A stretch of DNA of 64,000 bases from Symbiobacterium thermophilum (lineage in GTDB: Bacteria; Bacillota; Sulfobacillia; UBA995), in contig DYFO01000004.1 of the NCBI GenBank assembly GCA_020725145.1, positions 2,042 to 66,041 of the forward strand, in the 5' to 3' direction. This document shows positions 1 to 8,841 of this stretch, piece after piece. Under the pieces are notes generated by a model, which worked only from the letters and a program-made list of their open reading frames with translations, did no database searches and had not been told where the DNA came from. The position numbers and the translations under genes are program-made. Each line of letters begins with the position of its first letter. Positions within the stretch are counted from its first letter, which is position 1.

Positions 1-176
1 GTTAACTTTATTATAGGCGGATCTGGTGAACATGTAAACCAATTTGAAGGGATACCGTAGCCCCTCCAGGGCGTCGCAGGCCGGGGTGGAAGGATCGCGT
101 GCGCCGCTCCCGAAAGGAGAAGCACTGCTTTCAGGCGAAGCCAGGGCCCGTCCGGATGGACAGGAGGGATCGGGCC

Positions 177-1247
177 ATGAGTGATGAGGCGTATCGCAAG
201 CTGGCCGAAGCGCTTGACCGCCTTCCGTTCGGCTTCCCCCCCACCGACTCGGGTATCGAACTTGAGATCCTCAAGATCATGTTCACCCCCGAGGAGGCCG
301 AGACGGCTGCCGAGCTGTCGGAGGCCTGGGAGACTGCCGAGGAGGTTGCACCGCGTGTTGGCGCGGGTGCCCGGGAGGTGGAGAGCAGACTGCGGTTGAT
401 GCTGGTCAAGGGGCTCGTGAGGGGCGACAGGCGCGGCGACGAGCGCGTCTTCTCGCTCAACCCGTTCATCGTGGGAAGCTGGGAGGCCACCATGTTCCGG
501 CTGGAAGCTGAGAGCGCGCACCGCATGGCGCATCTGACCGAGGAATACGTGGCGGCCACCGGAGGGCTGGCGGGCATCATGACCCCGGCTCCGGCGATCC
601 ACCGCGTGGTGCCGGCTCACGCGACCGTCAAGTCGGAGTGGATCCTGCCGTACGACGACGTCAAGGCCTTGCTCGGCGATGCCCGGAGCTTCGTGCTGCG
701 GGATTGTGTGTGCAGGAAGCAGCATGACCTGCTGGGCACGCGGCGGTGCTCCTTCCCCCGCCGCGCGTGCCTGAGTTTCTCGCCCATCGATCGTCCTTCG
801 GGTCCGGACAGCGTCTCACGCGAGGAGGCACTGGCTTTTCTGGACGAGGCCGAGGCTATCGGCCTCGTGCACACCGTGAGCAACGTAGCCAAGGGCGTGA
901 ACTACGTTTGCAACTGCTGCGGGTGCTGCTGCGGCGTACTGCGGGGAGTGGTCGAGTTCGGGCTCAAGGAATCGGTAGCCCACGCCAACTACTACTGCGC
1001 GGTCGACCCGCAGGCCTGTTCCGGCTGCGAGGTGTGCGTCGAGCGGTGCCAGGTGGGCGCCATCGTCGTGGAGGACGGCCAGGCGGTTGTCGACAGGGAA
1101 CGCTGCATCGGTTGCGGACTTTGCGTCACGACCTGCGACCCCGGGGCGGCCCGTCTTCTGCTCCGGCCCGAGCACGAGATCGTCGAGCCTCCTGAGGATA
1201 TCGGGGCCTGGGCCAGGCTCCGCAAGGCGAACCGCAAGATGGGATGA
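177..1247 (+). CDS. Fe-S cluster protein: Cys-rich CCG-like motif (CNCCGCCCG) plus two 4Fe-4S ferredoxin motifs (CSGCEVCVERC, CIGCGLCVTTC)
   Basis: ORF 99..1247; ATG at 177 sits 8 nt after AGGAGG (163-168); the two CxxCxxCxxxC motifs are read directly from the translation. The family is unnamed. Confidence 0.6.
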   Translation: MSDEAYRKLAEALDRLPFGFPPTDSGIELEILKIMFTPEEAETAAELSEAWETAEEVAPRVGAGAREVESRLRLMLVKGLVRGDRRGDERVFSLNPFIVGSWEATMFRLEAESAHRMAHLTEEYVAATGGLAGIMTPAPAIHRVVPAHATVKSEWILPYDDVKALLGDARSFVLRDCVCRKQHDLLGTRRCSFPRRACLSFSPIDRPSGPDSVSREEALAFLDEAEAIGLVHTVSNVAKGVNYVCNCCGCCCGVLRGVVEFGLKESVAHANYYCAVDPQACSGCEVCVERCQVGAIVVEDGQAVVDRERCIGCGLCVTTCDPGAARLLLRPEHEIVEPPEDIGAWARLRKANRKMG

Positions 1248-1298
1248 AGGTCGCAGGTCCTTGGCAGGTCCGCCGGATGGCCTGCGAAAACGCGAACA

Positions 1299-1320
1299 CC
1301 TGCGGGCGTGTCTCCGCAGG
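1299..1320 (-). terminator. Putative intrinsic terminator hairpin between the convergent Fe-S gene and hup
   Basis: Inverted repeat cctgcgg-N8-ccgcagg; a T-rich run (gttttcg) follows on the minus strand just past the hup stop. Confidence 0.3.
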
Positions 1321-1348
1321 CGTTCACGTCACTTGACGATGCAGGAGG

Positions 1349-1624
1349 CTAGCGCGCGACTGCCTCCTTCAATCCCTTGCCGGCCTTGAAGGCAGGCACC
1401 TTCCGACCGGCTATTTTTATCGGCTGCCCGGTCTGCGGGTTACGCCCGCTCCTTGCTGCGCGAGTCCGGACCTCGAAGGTTCCAAAGCCAACCAGCGAAA
1501 CCTTCTGTCCCTTCTTAAGCGAGTCGGTGATCGCTCCGAAGGCCGCTTCCAGGGCCAGCGTGACGTCCTTCTTCTTGAGCCCGGTACGTTCGGCCACCGC
1601 GGCGATCAGGTCCGCCTTGGTCAA
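1349..1624 (-). CDS. hup: DNA-binding protein HU
   Basis: 91 aa, [12 protein letters not shown]...[26 protein letters not shown]; clear HU/IHF family signature. Confidence 0.92.
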   Translation of the reverse strand: MTKADLIAAVAERTGLKKKDVTLALEAAFGAITDSLKKGQKVSLVGFGTFEVRTRAARSGRNPQTGQPIKIAGRKVPAFKAGKGLKEAVAR

Positions 1625-1793
1625 GCGGCGTCACCTCCTTCCCCCAAACGGTTGCTTGCCAAGCGCGCAAACTGAGGGGGACTTCTCCTCTGGTCGGGAA
1701 AGTCCTTCCTTAGCAGGACAAAAACTGCAGCACAGAAAGGCCCGCTTTGAAGGCAGGCCTAGCAGGACAAACCGCGTTTCGTGCGGCAGTGGA

Positions 1794-3275
1794 TCAGATG
1801 ATGATGCAGATAAGGCCGCCGCTGCCCTCGTTGATTATCCGGGTCAGCGTTTCCTGGAGCTTCTGCTGGGCGTTCTCCGGCATGCGGTAGAGCTTGTTGG
1901 TCACGCCCTCAAGCACAAGGTCGTGGAGCGACTTGCCGAAGATGTCCGAATCCCAAATCTTCTGTGGGTCATCCTCGAACTTGTCCATGAGATAGCGCAC
2001 CAGTTCCTCACACTGCTTCTCGCTGCCGATGATCGGTGTGAACTCGGCTTCGATGTCGGCGCGGAACATGTGCAGGGAGGGTGCGCGGGCACGCAGGCGC
2101 ACCCCGTACTGGCTTCCCCGGCGAATCAGCTCGGGTTCCTCGAAGGCCATATCCGTCTGGGTGGGAGCGACCACCCCGTAGCCCGTCTCTCTAGCATCGC
2201 GCAGCGCCTCGGCGATCACCTCGTACTCGCGCTTTATGGCCGCCAGCTCGCGCATGTTGGTCAAGAGGTCGTGCTTGCCCTCGATGCTGATGCCGCTGAC
2301 CTCCTGCAGGACTTGCCAGAAGAGCTCCTCGCGGGCGCCGAGTTCCACGACGGCCACTCCCGTGCCCATGTCCATGCGGCGCAGCGCGGCATTCTCCACG
2401 AAGTCGTACCCACGCAGGCGCTCGACCGCCCCATCGATATCGCGCAGGCGCCGAACCTTCCCCACGCAGTCTTCCACTGCCTGCTCGAACCGGCGGCGGA
2501 GCCAGTGGTTGCGGTCGAGCGTCTCGACCCAGTGGGGCAGGTCGATGGTCACCTCGCTGACGGGGAACTCGTACAAGGCTTGCTCCAGCAGGGCCTCGAT
2601 GTCCTCATGCTGAAGCTCGGCGATGTTGGTCGGCAGCACCGGCACGTCGTACTCCACCTCGAGCTCCCGGGCAAGGTCGAGCGTCTCCCGGCTGTACGGG
2701 TTCAGCGTGTTCAGGATGACCACGAAGGGCTTGCCCAGATCGCGCAGTTCTTGCACCACCCGCCGCTCGGCGTCGAGGAAGCTCTTGCGGGGCAGGTCGG
2801 TGGCGCTGCCGTCGCTGGTGACCACCACACCGAAGGTGGAGTGCTCGGTGATCACCTTGCGGGTTCCGAGCTCCGCGGCCTCCTGGAAGGGCACGTCCTC
2901 GTCGTGCCAGGGGGTGCGCACCATGCGGGGGGTACCACCTTCTTCCTCGTAGCCCAAGGCCCCGGGGACGGTGTAGCCCACGCAATCCACCAGTCTCACC
3001 CGGAGGTGCAGGCTGTCGCGAATGGTGATGCCTACGCCCTCGTCGGGCACGAACTTGGGCTCTGAGGTCATCACCCGGCGCCCCGCCCCTGCCTGGGGCA
3101 TGGCGTCGATGGCGCGTTCGCGGTCGTTGGGGTCGGTGATGTTGGGCAGCACCAGAAGCTCAATGAACTTCTTGATGAAGGTAGACTTGCCGGTGCGCAC
3201 GGGGCCCACCACTCCCAGGTATACGTCGCCACCGGTGCGCTCGGCGATGTCGCGGAATACATCGAACCTCTCCAC
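1794..3275 (-). CDS. spoIVA: Stage IV sporulation protein A (spore coat morphogenetic ATPase)
   Basis: 493 aa, N-terminus MERFDVFRDIAERTGGDVYLGVVGPVRTGKSTFIKKF with a Walker A motif; GTG start with a GGAGGAGGG RBS; adjacent to hup as in Bacillus. Confidence 0.9.
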   Translation of the reverse strand: MERFDVFRDIAERTGGDVYLGVVGPVRTGKSTFIKKFIELLVLPNITDPNDRERAIDAMPQAGAGRRVMTSEPKFVPDEGVGITIRDSLHLRVRLVDCVGYTVPGALGYEEEGGTPRMVRTPWHDEDVPFQEAAELGTRKVITEHSTFGVVVTSDGSATDLPRKSFLDAERRVVQELRDLGKPFVVILNTLNPYSRETLDLARELEVEYDVPVLPTNIAELQHEDIEALLEQALYEFPVSEVTIDLPHWVETLDRNHWLRRRFEQAVEDCVGKVRRLRDIDGAVERLRGYDFVENAALRRMDMGTGVAVVELGAREELFWQVLQEVSGISIEGKHDLLTNMRELAAIKREYEVIAEALRDARETGYGVVAPTQTDMAFEEPELIRRGSQYGVRLRARAPSLHMFRADIEAEFTPIIGSEKQCEELVRYLMDKFEDDPQKIWDSDIFGKSLHDLVLEGVTNKLYRMPENAQQKLQETLTRIINEGSGGLICIII

Positions 3276-3318
3276 CGCCGACCCTCCTCCCTAGGCGGGT
3301 GCGTCGAAAACCGGTACA

Positions 3319-3327
3319 ATGTATATG
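3319..3327 (-). promoter_or_regulatory. Putative sigma-E type -10 element (CATATACAT) upstream of spoIVA
   Basis: Minus-strand CATATACAT lies about 45 nt upstream of the spoIVA GTG start; an AATAG element sits about 15 nt further upstream. Confidence 0.3.
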
Positions 3328-3353
3328 GACGAGACCTCGCGGCTATTACCGGT

Positions 3354-3929
3354 ATGCCGAGAGCGGGTTTGCGAGGAGGCGAGGGTTTGAGCCTGGAGGA
3401 TTCGTACGAACACGGGCACCTGGGCGTACTGAAACTCACCTGGGACGACGTCATGCGGTTGTGTCGGGAACTCGCCGTGCAGATCCAGACGGAGTTCGAT
3501 CCCGATCAGATCGTGGGCATCGCCAAGGCAGGGGTGATCCCCGCGGCCATCCTTGCGTCAATGCTGCGCAAGGACTTCTACCCTATCCGCCTTTCGCGCC
3601 GGGAGAAGGACCGGGTGGTAAGGGGCAGGCCGCGGCTGCTGGTGCCGCTGACCGACGACGTGAGGGGTAAGAAGGTCCTGATCGTGGACGAGATCAGCGC
3701 TACCGGCGAGACGCTGAAGCTGGCGGTGCAGGAGGCGAAGAAGAAGGGTGCCCGCAAGGTCAAGACGGCCACCCTCTACGTGCACTCGGACAGCTTCAAG
3801 CCCAACTGGTACGGAATGCTCAGCGACGACCTGATCGTGCAGCCCTGGGACTTCGAGGTGCTCAAGGACGGCAAGTTCGTCATTCACCCCGAGTACCAGG
3901 AGGAACTCGACCGGCTGGCTCGTGAATGA
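3354..3929 (+). CDS. Phosphoribosyltransferase (PRTase type I family; purine/xanthine PRTase-like)
   Basis: PRPP-binding motif VLIVDEISATGETL; a TTG at 3387 with an AGGAGG RBS is an alternative start. Confidence 0.65.
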   Translation: MPRAGLRGGEGLSLEDSYEHGHLGVLKLTWDDVMRLCRELAVQIQTEFDPDQIVGIAKAGVIPAAILASMLRKDFYPIRLSRREKDRVVRGRPRLLVPLTDDVRGKKVLIVDEISATGETLKLAVQEAKKKGARKVKTATLYVHSDSFKPNWYGMLSDDLIVQPWDFEVLKDGKFVIHPEYQEELDRLARE

Positions 3930-3932
3930 TCG

Positions 3933-5000
3933 CTACCAGTCGGTAGGCTCGAGCGTGAACCCATCCAGCTCGCGGGTGGGCTCACGCGACATCAGGCTCT
4001 CGGCCACCGCCGCCGGCCGCTTGCCGCCGAAGAAGACCTGAAACAGCTCCTCGGTGATCGGCATCTTGACCCCAAGTTGCCTGGATAGGCCGTAGGCCGC
4101 ACGGGTGGTGGTGACCCCCTCCACCACCATCCGCAGGCTCGCCAGCACATCCGCCAGCGGGGTCCCCCTGCCCAGCTCGATTCCCGCCTGGCGGTTGCGG
4201 CTGTAGCGGCCGGTGCAGGTCAGCACGAGGTCGCCCACGCCCGAAAGGCCGGCAAAGGTGAGCGGGTTGGCCCCCATGGTTACCCCCAGGCGTGCGATCT
4301 CCGCCAAGCCGCGGGTGATCAGAGCGGCCTGGGCATTGAGTCCCAGCCCCAGCCCTTCGGCCATCCCCACGGCGATGGCGATGATGTTCTTGAGCGCGCC
4401 GCCGAGTTCCACACCCGTCACATCGGGGCCGACATACACGCGGAACAGGCGGTCGGTGAGCAGACGCTGCCAGTACTCGGCCGTGCGCCGGCAGGAAGAG
4501 GCGACCACCGTGGTGGTGGGCAGCCCCCGGGCCACCTCGATGGAGAAGTTGGGCCCTGAAAGGACGGCCACCGGCGCCGGCGAGAGATCGCCGAGCTCCT
4601 GGGCGATGATCTGGGACATGCGCAACCCGGTCTCCACCTCAAGCCCCTTGGTGGCCGAAAGCAGGTACGGAGAGGTCCCGGCGCTGCGCAGGAACGGAGC
4701 CAGCGTGCGGCACAGCTCGCGCATGCCACAAGAGGCGGGTACTAATATAACCCCTTCCGCACCGTCCAGGGCCCGGGCGGTGTCCGCCGTGACCGTAATC
4801 CCCTCGGGAAGCGACATGCCCGGCAGCCTAAGCGGGTCAAGCCGGGTCATCTCCAGGGCCTGCGCGTAGTCCTCGCGCCGAGACCACAGCGTAACCCGGC
4901 AGCCGCGGCGGTCGAGCAGACAGGCCAGGGCGATGCCCCAGGCCCCAGCCGGGCAGACCGTCACGCGTGTCTCAGGAGCGCCTGCGGTGTCTTGGGTCAC
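3933..5000 (-). CDS. gpsA: NAD(P)H-dependent glycerol-3-phosphate dehydrogenase
   Basis: 355 aa; GAWG Rossmann motif and NIIAIAVGMAEGLGLGLNA GpsA signature; same gpsA-der synteny as Bacillus. Confidence 0.9.
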   Translation of the reverse strand: MTQDTAGAPETRVTVCPAGAWGIALACLLDRRGCRVTLWSRREDYAQALEMTRLDPLRLPGMSLPEGITVTADTARALDGAEGVILVPASCGMRELCRTLAPFLRSAGTSPYLLSATKGLEVETGLRMSQIIAQELGDLSPAPVAVLSGPNFSIEVARGLPTTTVVASSCRRTAEYWQRLLTDRLFRVYVGPDVTGVELGGALKNIIAIAVGMAEGLGLGLNAQAALITRGLAEIARLGVTMGANPLTFAGLSGVGDLVLTCTGRYSRNRQAGIELGRGTPLADVLASLRMVVEGVTTTRAAYGLSRQLGVKMPITEELFQVFFGGKRPAAVAESLMSREPTRELDGFTLEPTDW

Positions 5001-5583
5001 CTATCCGCAACTCCTGTCCGGCCAGCAGCCGTCTGATGTTGGGCAGGTGCCGGATGTAGATGAAGCCAGCTGCGAGCGTCACCAGCACCTTGTAGGCAAG
5101 CGGTTCCGAGGTCGTCAGCACCAGCAGCGCCGTTACGGCTGTTCCCACCAGCGACCCCAGCGAGACGTAACGCGTGGCCAGCACCACGGCTACCAGTGCG
5201 AGCAGGCCCAACGCCGCCGCTCCGGGAATGAGGTAGAAGACCACTCCGGCGGCGGTGGCCACTCCCCTGCCTCCACGGAAGCCGAGCAGGTAGGACCAGT
5301 TGTGACCGGCCACTGCGGCGAGCCCTGCCACCGCGGCGGCCCAAGGCCCCAGCGTTCCTCCCCAGGTCAGCCCGAGGTGGGCGGACAGCGCACCCTTGCC
5401 CATGTCGGCCGCCAGCACCAGTAGGCCGGGAACCGGGCCCAGTACCCTGAAGACGTTGGTTGCCCCGATATTGCCGCTGCCGATGCGCCGCACATCGATT
5501 CCCAGCCACCTGCCCGCCCAATAGCCAAAGGGCAGGCCGCCGATCAGATAGCCCGTAAGTGCCAGCCAAAAGAGCGTACTCAT
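4972..5583 (-). CDS. plsY: Glycerol-3-phosphate acyltransferase PlsY
   Basis: 203 aa polytopic membrane protein, GSGNIGATN...FRGGRGVATAAG motifs; overlaps the gpsA start. Confidence 0.9.
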   Translation of the reverse strand: MSTLFWLALTGYLIGGLPFGYWAGRWLGIDVRRIGSGNIGATNVFRVLGPVPGLLVLAADMGKGALSAHLGLTWGGTLGPWAAAVAGLAAVAGHNWSYLLGFRGGRGVATAAGVVFYLIPGAAALGLLALVAVVLATRYVSLGSLVGTAVTALLVLTTSEPLAYKVLVTLAAGFIYIRHLPNIRRLLAGQELRIGDPRHRRRS

Positions 5584-5589
5584 CTCAGC

Positions 5590-6906
5590 CTACCTGCGAT
5601 CCTCCTTGCCGCGCGTCCTCCCGCTCCGGAAGGCAAGCCGCAATGGCGTTCCTTCGAAGCCAAAGGCATCGCGGAGGCGGTTTTCAAGGTACCGTCGGTA
5701 TGAGGCTTCCACCAGACCCGGGTCGTTGACGAAGAAGGCAAAGCGCGGAGGCCGCGTCCCGACCTGGGTGACGAACCCGATCTTCAGCCGGCCGGGTGGT
5801 GGATTGATGGCCACCGCGTCGCGAAGTACCGCGTTCAGCAGGCGGGTCGGTACCTCACGGGCGTGCTCGTGACCTGCCGCCAGGGCGGCCGGCAGCAGCC
5901 TCGCCATGCCGTCGCCGGTCAGCGCAGAGACCGCCACGATTGCGGCGTAACCCATGAAGGCCAGTTCTCGGCGGATCCTTTGCACGCAGGCCTTCACGCC
6001 GCCGGAGTCTTCCACGAGATCGATCTTGTTGGCGACCAGCACCACGGCCCTCCCGGCCTCATCCACGTACCCGCAGATACGGCGGTCCTGTTCGGTCACC
6101 GGTTGACTGCCGTCCAGCACCACCAGCGCTACCTGAGCCCTCTGCACCGCCCTGGTGGTGCGTAGCACGCTGTAATATTCCACGGGTTCACCGCGGCGCG
6201 CACGCCGTCTCAGGCCCGCGGTGTCGATCAGGGTGATGGTGCGGTCTTCCCACTCGAAAGTGGCGTCCACCGCATCACGGGTGGTCCCGGGACGGGCGTC
6301 CACGATCACCCTCTCTTGCCCCAGGAGCGCGTTCACCAGCGACGACTTGCCCACGTTGGGCCTGCCCACCACCGCTACCGCCAGCCCGGGCACCGCCGTC
6401 GGCTCGGCCTCCTCAGCGGGAAGCAGCTCGAGCAGCCGGTCAAGGAGCTCGCCGGTGCCCAGGCCGTGCAACGCGGACACGCCCAGGGGCTCCCCCAATC
6501 CCAGCTCCAAGAAGTCCACGAGGGAGGTCGTGTCGCCCGGGCGGTCGACCTTGTTCACCACCACCACCACCGGCTTACGCGTGCGGCGCAGGACGTCGGC
6601 CACGTCACGATCGCCCGGCGCAAGACCCTCACGCCCGTCCACCACGAAGATGAGCACGTCGGCCTCGGCGACCGCCACCTCGGCCTGACGGCGCACCCTG
6701 GCGGCCATGTCGCGGCCGGCGAACTCCAACCCGCCGGTGTCCACCAGCGTGAACTGGCGTCCTGCCCACTCTGCCGGGGAATATATGCGATCCCGGGTGA
6801 CGCCCGGTTGTGCTTCGACGATGCTGCGGCGTTGCTGCAGTATACGGTTGAACAGCGCGGACTTGCCCACGTTGGGCCGACCTACGATGGCGACCACCGG
6901 CTTCAA
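5590..6906 (-). CDS. der: Ribosome-associated GTPase Der (EngA), tandem GTPase domains
   Basis: 438 aa; two G domains (GRPNVGKS twice, DTGG/DTAG) and a C-terminal KH-like domain. Confidence 0.95.
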   Translation of the reverse strand: MKPVVAIVGRPNVGKSALFNRILQQRRSIVEAQPGVTRDRIYSPAEWAGRQFTLVDTGGLEFAGRDMAARVRRQAEVAVAEADVLIFVVDGREGLAPGDRDVADVLRRTRKPVVVVVNKVDRPGDTTSLVDFLELGLGEPLGVSALHGLGTGELLDRLLELLPAEEAEPTAVPGLAVAVVGRPNVGKSSLVNALLGQERVIVDARPGTTRDAVDATFEWEDRTITLIDTAGLRRRARRGEPVEYYSVLRTTRAVQRAQVALVVLDGSQPVTEQDRRICGYVDEAGRAVVLVANKIDLVEDSGGVKACVQRIRRELAFMGYAAIVAVSALTGDGMARLLPAALAAGHEHAREVPTRLLNAVLRDAVAINPPPGRLKIGFVTQVGTRPPRFAFFVNDPGLVEASYRRYLENRLRDAFGFEGTPLRLAFRSGRTRGKEDRR

Positions 6907-8246
6907 CGGCCGACCTCCTCAGCTGACAGCGCGGCGGCCACCAGTGACGCGGGTCTGGGGCCGCACGGCAACACCGGCACTCCCAGGGTTTCGGCAAGTT
7001 CGAGCAGTCCCACGCCGTCCAGGAAGACCGGAGGGTCGTGGGCCAGCGCTGTCGCCGGCACCAGCACGAGGTCGGCAGGCTTTGCCTCACGCTTAAGGGC
7101 GGCCAGCACGTCCGCGCCGACCAGCAGACCGGCCGCCGTCACCTGTTCCCCAAAGAAACGATTCGTCACCGGCACCAGCGCGCAGGACAGCCCCTCCACC
7201 CCGTTCAGGGCCTGTACCACCGGTCTGAGCAGCGGAACAGCCATACGGCCGGTGACCACCGCCACCCGCCGCCGCCCCAACACTTTCGGCGGCAGACGGG
7301 AGCGCACCTTCCGGATCTCGTCGAGGAACAGCCGCGCCGGGCCGATGCCGTTCTCCAGCTGGGGAAATCCGTCGTAGCGCGCGGCCGCCGGCAGAGGCAA
7401 CCCCGCCGCCAGGTAAAGCTCATCCGCCGCGTGAACGAACGAGCCCTTTCCCTCTTTCCGAAAGCGACGCTGCCAGGCGCCCACCTTGCGGACGAGTTCC
7501 TCGGCAAGTCCCGGGGTGACGGGGTTCAACGGGAACAGGTTCTCGCGATGGCGGGTGAGACCCACCGGCACCAGTCCGACGGACGCCACGGCCGGCCAGA
7601 GCGCGGCAAGCCTCTCTACCGTGTCTGCCAAGGCGGCACCGTCATTGAGCCCGGGGCAGATCACCACCTGGGCGTGAACCGTGATCTCTGCCCGTCCCAG
7701 GTGGGCCAGGAGGTCGAGCACGGGTTCGGGATGCGGCGAACCCAAAAGACGCCCTCTCAGCTCGGGGTCGACCGCGTGCACCGACACGTACAGGGGACTG
7801 AGACGCTGCCGTTCGATGCGGCCAAGATCGGCGGCGTCGAGGTTGGTGAGGGTAATGAAGTTGCCTTGCAGGAAGGAAAGCCGGTAGTCGTCATCCCTGA
7901 GGTACAGGCAGGGACGCAAACCCGGCGGCAACTGGTCCAGGAAGCAGAAAATGCACCGGTTACGGCAGGTTCTGACGCCGTCGAACACCGGCGCGGTGAA
8001 CGTAAGGCCGAGTTCCTCTTCCTCGGGCTTTTCGATGTCGTACAAAAACTCCTCGCCGGAGGGGCGTACCACTCGGAGCTGCACGGTGGTCGCCGCCAGC
8101 AGCCACTTGTACTCCAGGATGTCCCGGGGCCGGCGGCCGTTCAGCGTGAGCAGTCGATCGCCTGGGAAAAGACCGACGTCGGCGGCTATGCTATCGGGAC
8201 GAACGGCGGCGACGACTGCTCCTTCGGTCCCCGCTAGGGTGTTCAT
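6903..8246 (-). CDS. DUF512 protein (PDZ domain plus a radical-SAM-like CxxxCxxC core), conserved next to der in Clostridia
   Basis: ORF runs to 8345 from a TTG; the internal ATG at 8246 (MNTLAG...) follows GGAGGGCGGAGG; CRNRCIFC motif; 4-bp overlap with der. Confidence 0.75.
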   Translation of the reverse strand: MNTLAGTEGAVVAAVRPDSIAADVGLFPGDRLLTLNGRRPRDILEYKWLLAATTVQLRVVRPSGEEFLYDIEKPEEEELGLTFTAPVFDGVRTCRNRCIFCFLDQLPPGLRPCLYLRDDDYRLSFLQGNFITLTNLDAADLGRIERQRLSPLYVSVHAVDPELRGRLLGSPHPEPVLDLLAHLGRAEITVHAQVVICPGLNDGAALADTVERLAALWPAVASVGLVPVGLTRHRENLFPLNPVTPGLAEELVRKVGAWQRRFRKEGKGSFVHAADELYLAAGLPLPAAARYDGFPQLENGIGPARLFLDEIRKVRSRLPPKVLGRRRVAVVTGRMAVPLLRPVVQALNGVEGLSCALVPVTNRFFGEQVTAAGLLVGADVLAALKREAKPADLVLVPATALAHDPPVFLDGVGLLELAETLGVPVLPCGPRPASLVAAALSAEEVGR

Positions 8247-8395
8247 GGCGCCTGCTGCCGACCTCCGCCCTCCGGCTTTGTGGTTCTCATTGTGACGGCG
8301 AAGGTCACCGGCGTCAAGGGGAGGCGAAAACGAGGGCCGCGTCAACTGAACCTAGTTGACCCCCCCTCTGCTTGGATTGTCAGGGGTTCCCGCCC

Positions 8396-8423
8396 AGTAT
8401 ATGCCAAGTACCGGTTGCGTCAA
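8396..8423 (-). promoter_or_regulatory. Sigma-A-like promoter (TTGACG-N16-TATACT) for the DUF512-der-plsY-gpsA operon
   Basis: The -35 and -10 hexamers are read directly on the minus strand, about 140 nt upstream of the DUF512 ATG. Confidence 0.4.
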
Positions 8424-8649
8424 GCCCCCGCCGGTGCCACAGCATTCGCGTGCCCCCCATGGCGTGCCCTCTGCGATTGCGCTGATGTAGGCCACCCTGG
8501 ACCCACGGGGGCTGAGGGGCGGGCAGTTGCCGCGCGCCAGGACAAGGCCTCCCTGCATCCGGCTCTGAAGAACCGTGGTCACGCTCCCGTCGCCAGGGTC
8601 AACCCGGGCGATGGCTAGCTCACCTTCCCTTGGCTGAGTACGAGGGCCT

Positions 8650-8841
8650 TCAGTGCTTAACCAGAATGTAGGTGCCGTTTTCGAGGTCGTGTACCATCGC
8701 GTCAAGTATGCGGCTGAGGTAGGTCGCTATCCTCTCGCGTTCCGCCTCATCGTTGGCATAGAAGATCGGCGCGCCGCCTCCCACCGCGTCATGCCGCAGC
8801 GTGACCACCGCCAGAATGGTGTGCAGCGGCGCGGTCTTCAT
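8650..8841 (-). CDS. Small partner protein of the YIEGIA protein (capping-complex-subunit-for-YIEGIA family)
   Basis: 63 aa; 4-bp overlap with the upstream YIEGIA gene; conserved pairing. Confidence 0.55.
   Translation of the reverse strand: MKTAPLHTILAVVTLRHDAVGGGAPIFYANDEAERERIATYLSRILDAMVHDLENGTYILVKH

Noticed and set aside
99-176. An upstream extension of the Fe-S protein ORF (MRRSRKEKHCFQAKPGPVRMDRRDRA).
   Set aside because: There is no RBS before position 99 or 156, whereas ATG 177 has AGGAGG at ideal spacing.
1377-3065. A 562-aa plus-strand ORF antisense to spoIVA. Similar long ORFs occur at 7038..8237, 44485..45870, 51943..53379, 53497..55140 and 56386..57681.
   Set aside because: All lie exactly antisense to strongly supported genes. 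They have Arg/Gly/Pro-rich low-complexity translations, no RBS-supported starts and no recognisable motifs, which is typical of stop-codon-poor antisense frames at about 70% GC.
8346-8650. The 300-bp gap between the cap gene and DUF512, considered as a possible small RNA gene.
   Set aside because: Only a promoter and palindrome for the downstream operon were supportable. There is no conserved-looking RNA structure, tRNA T-loop or other hallmark.
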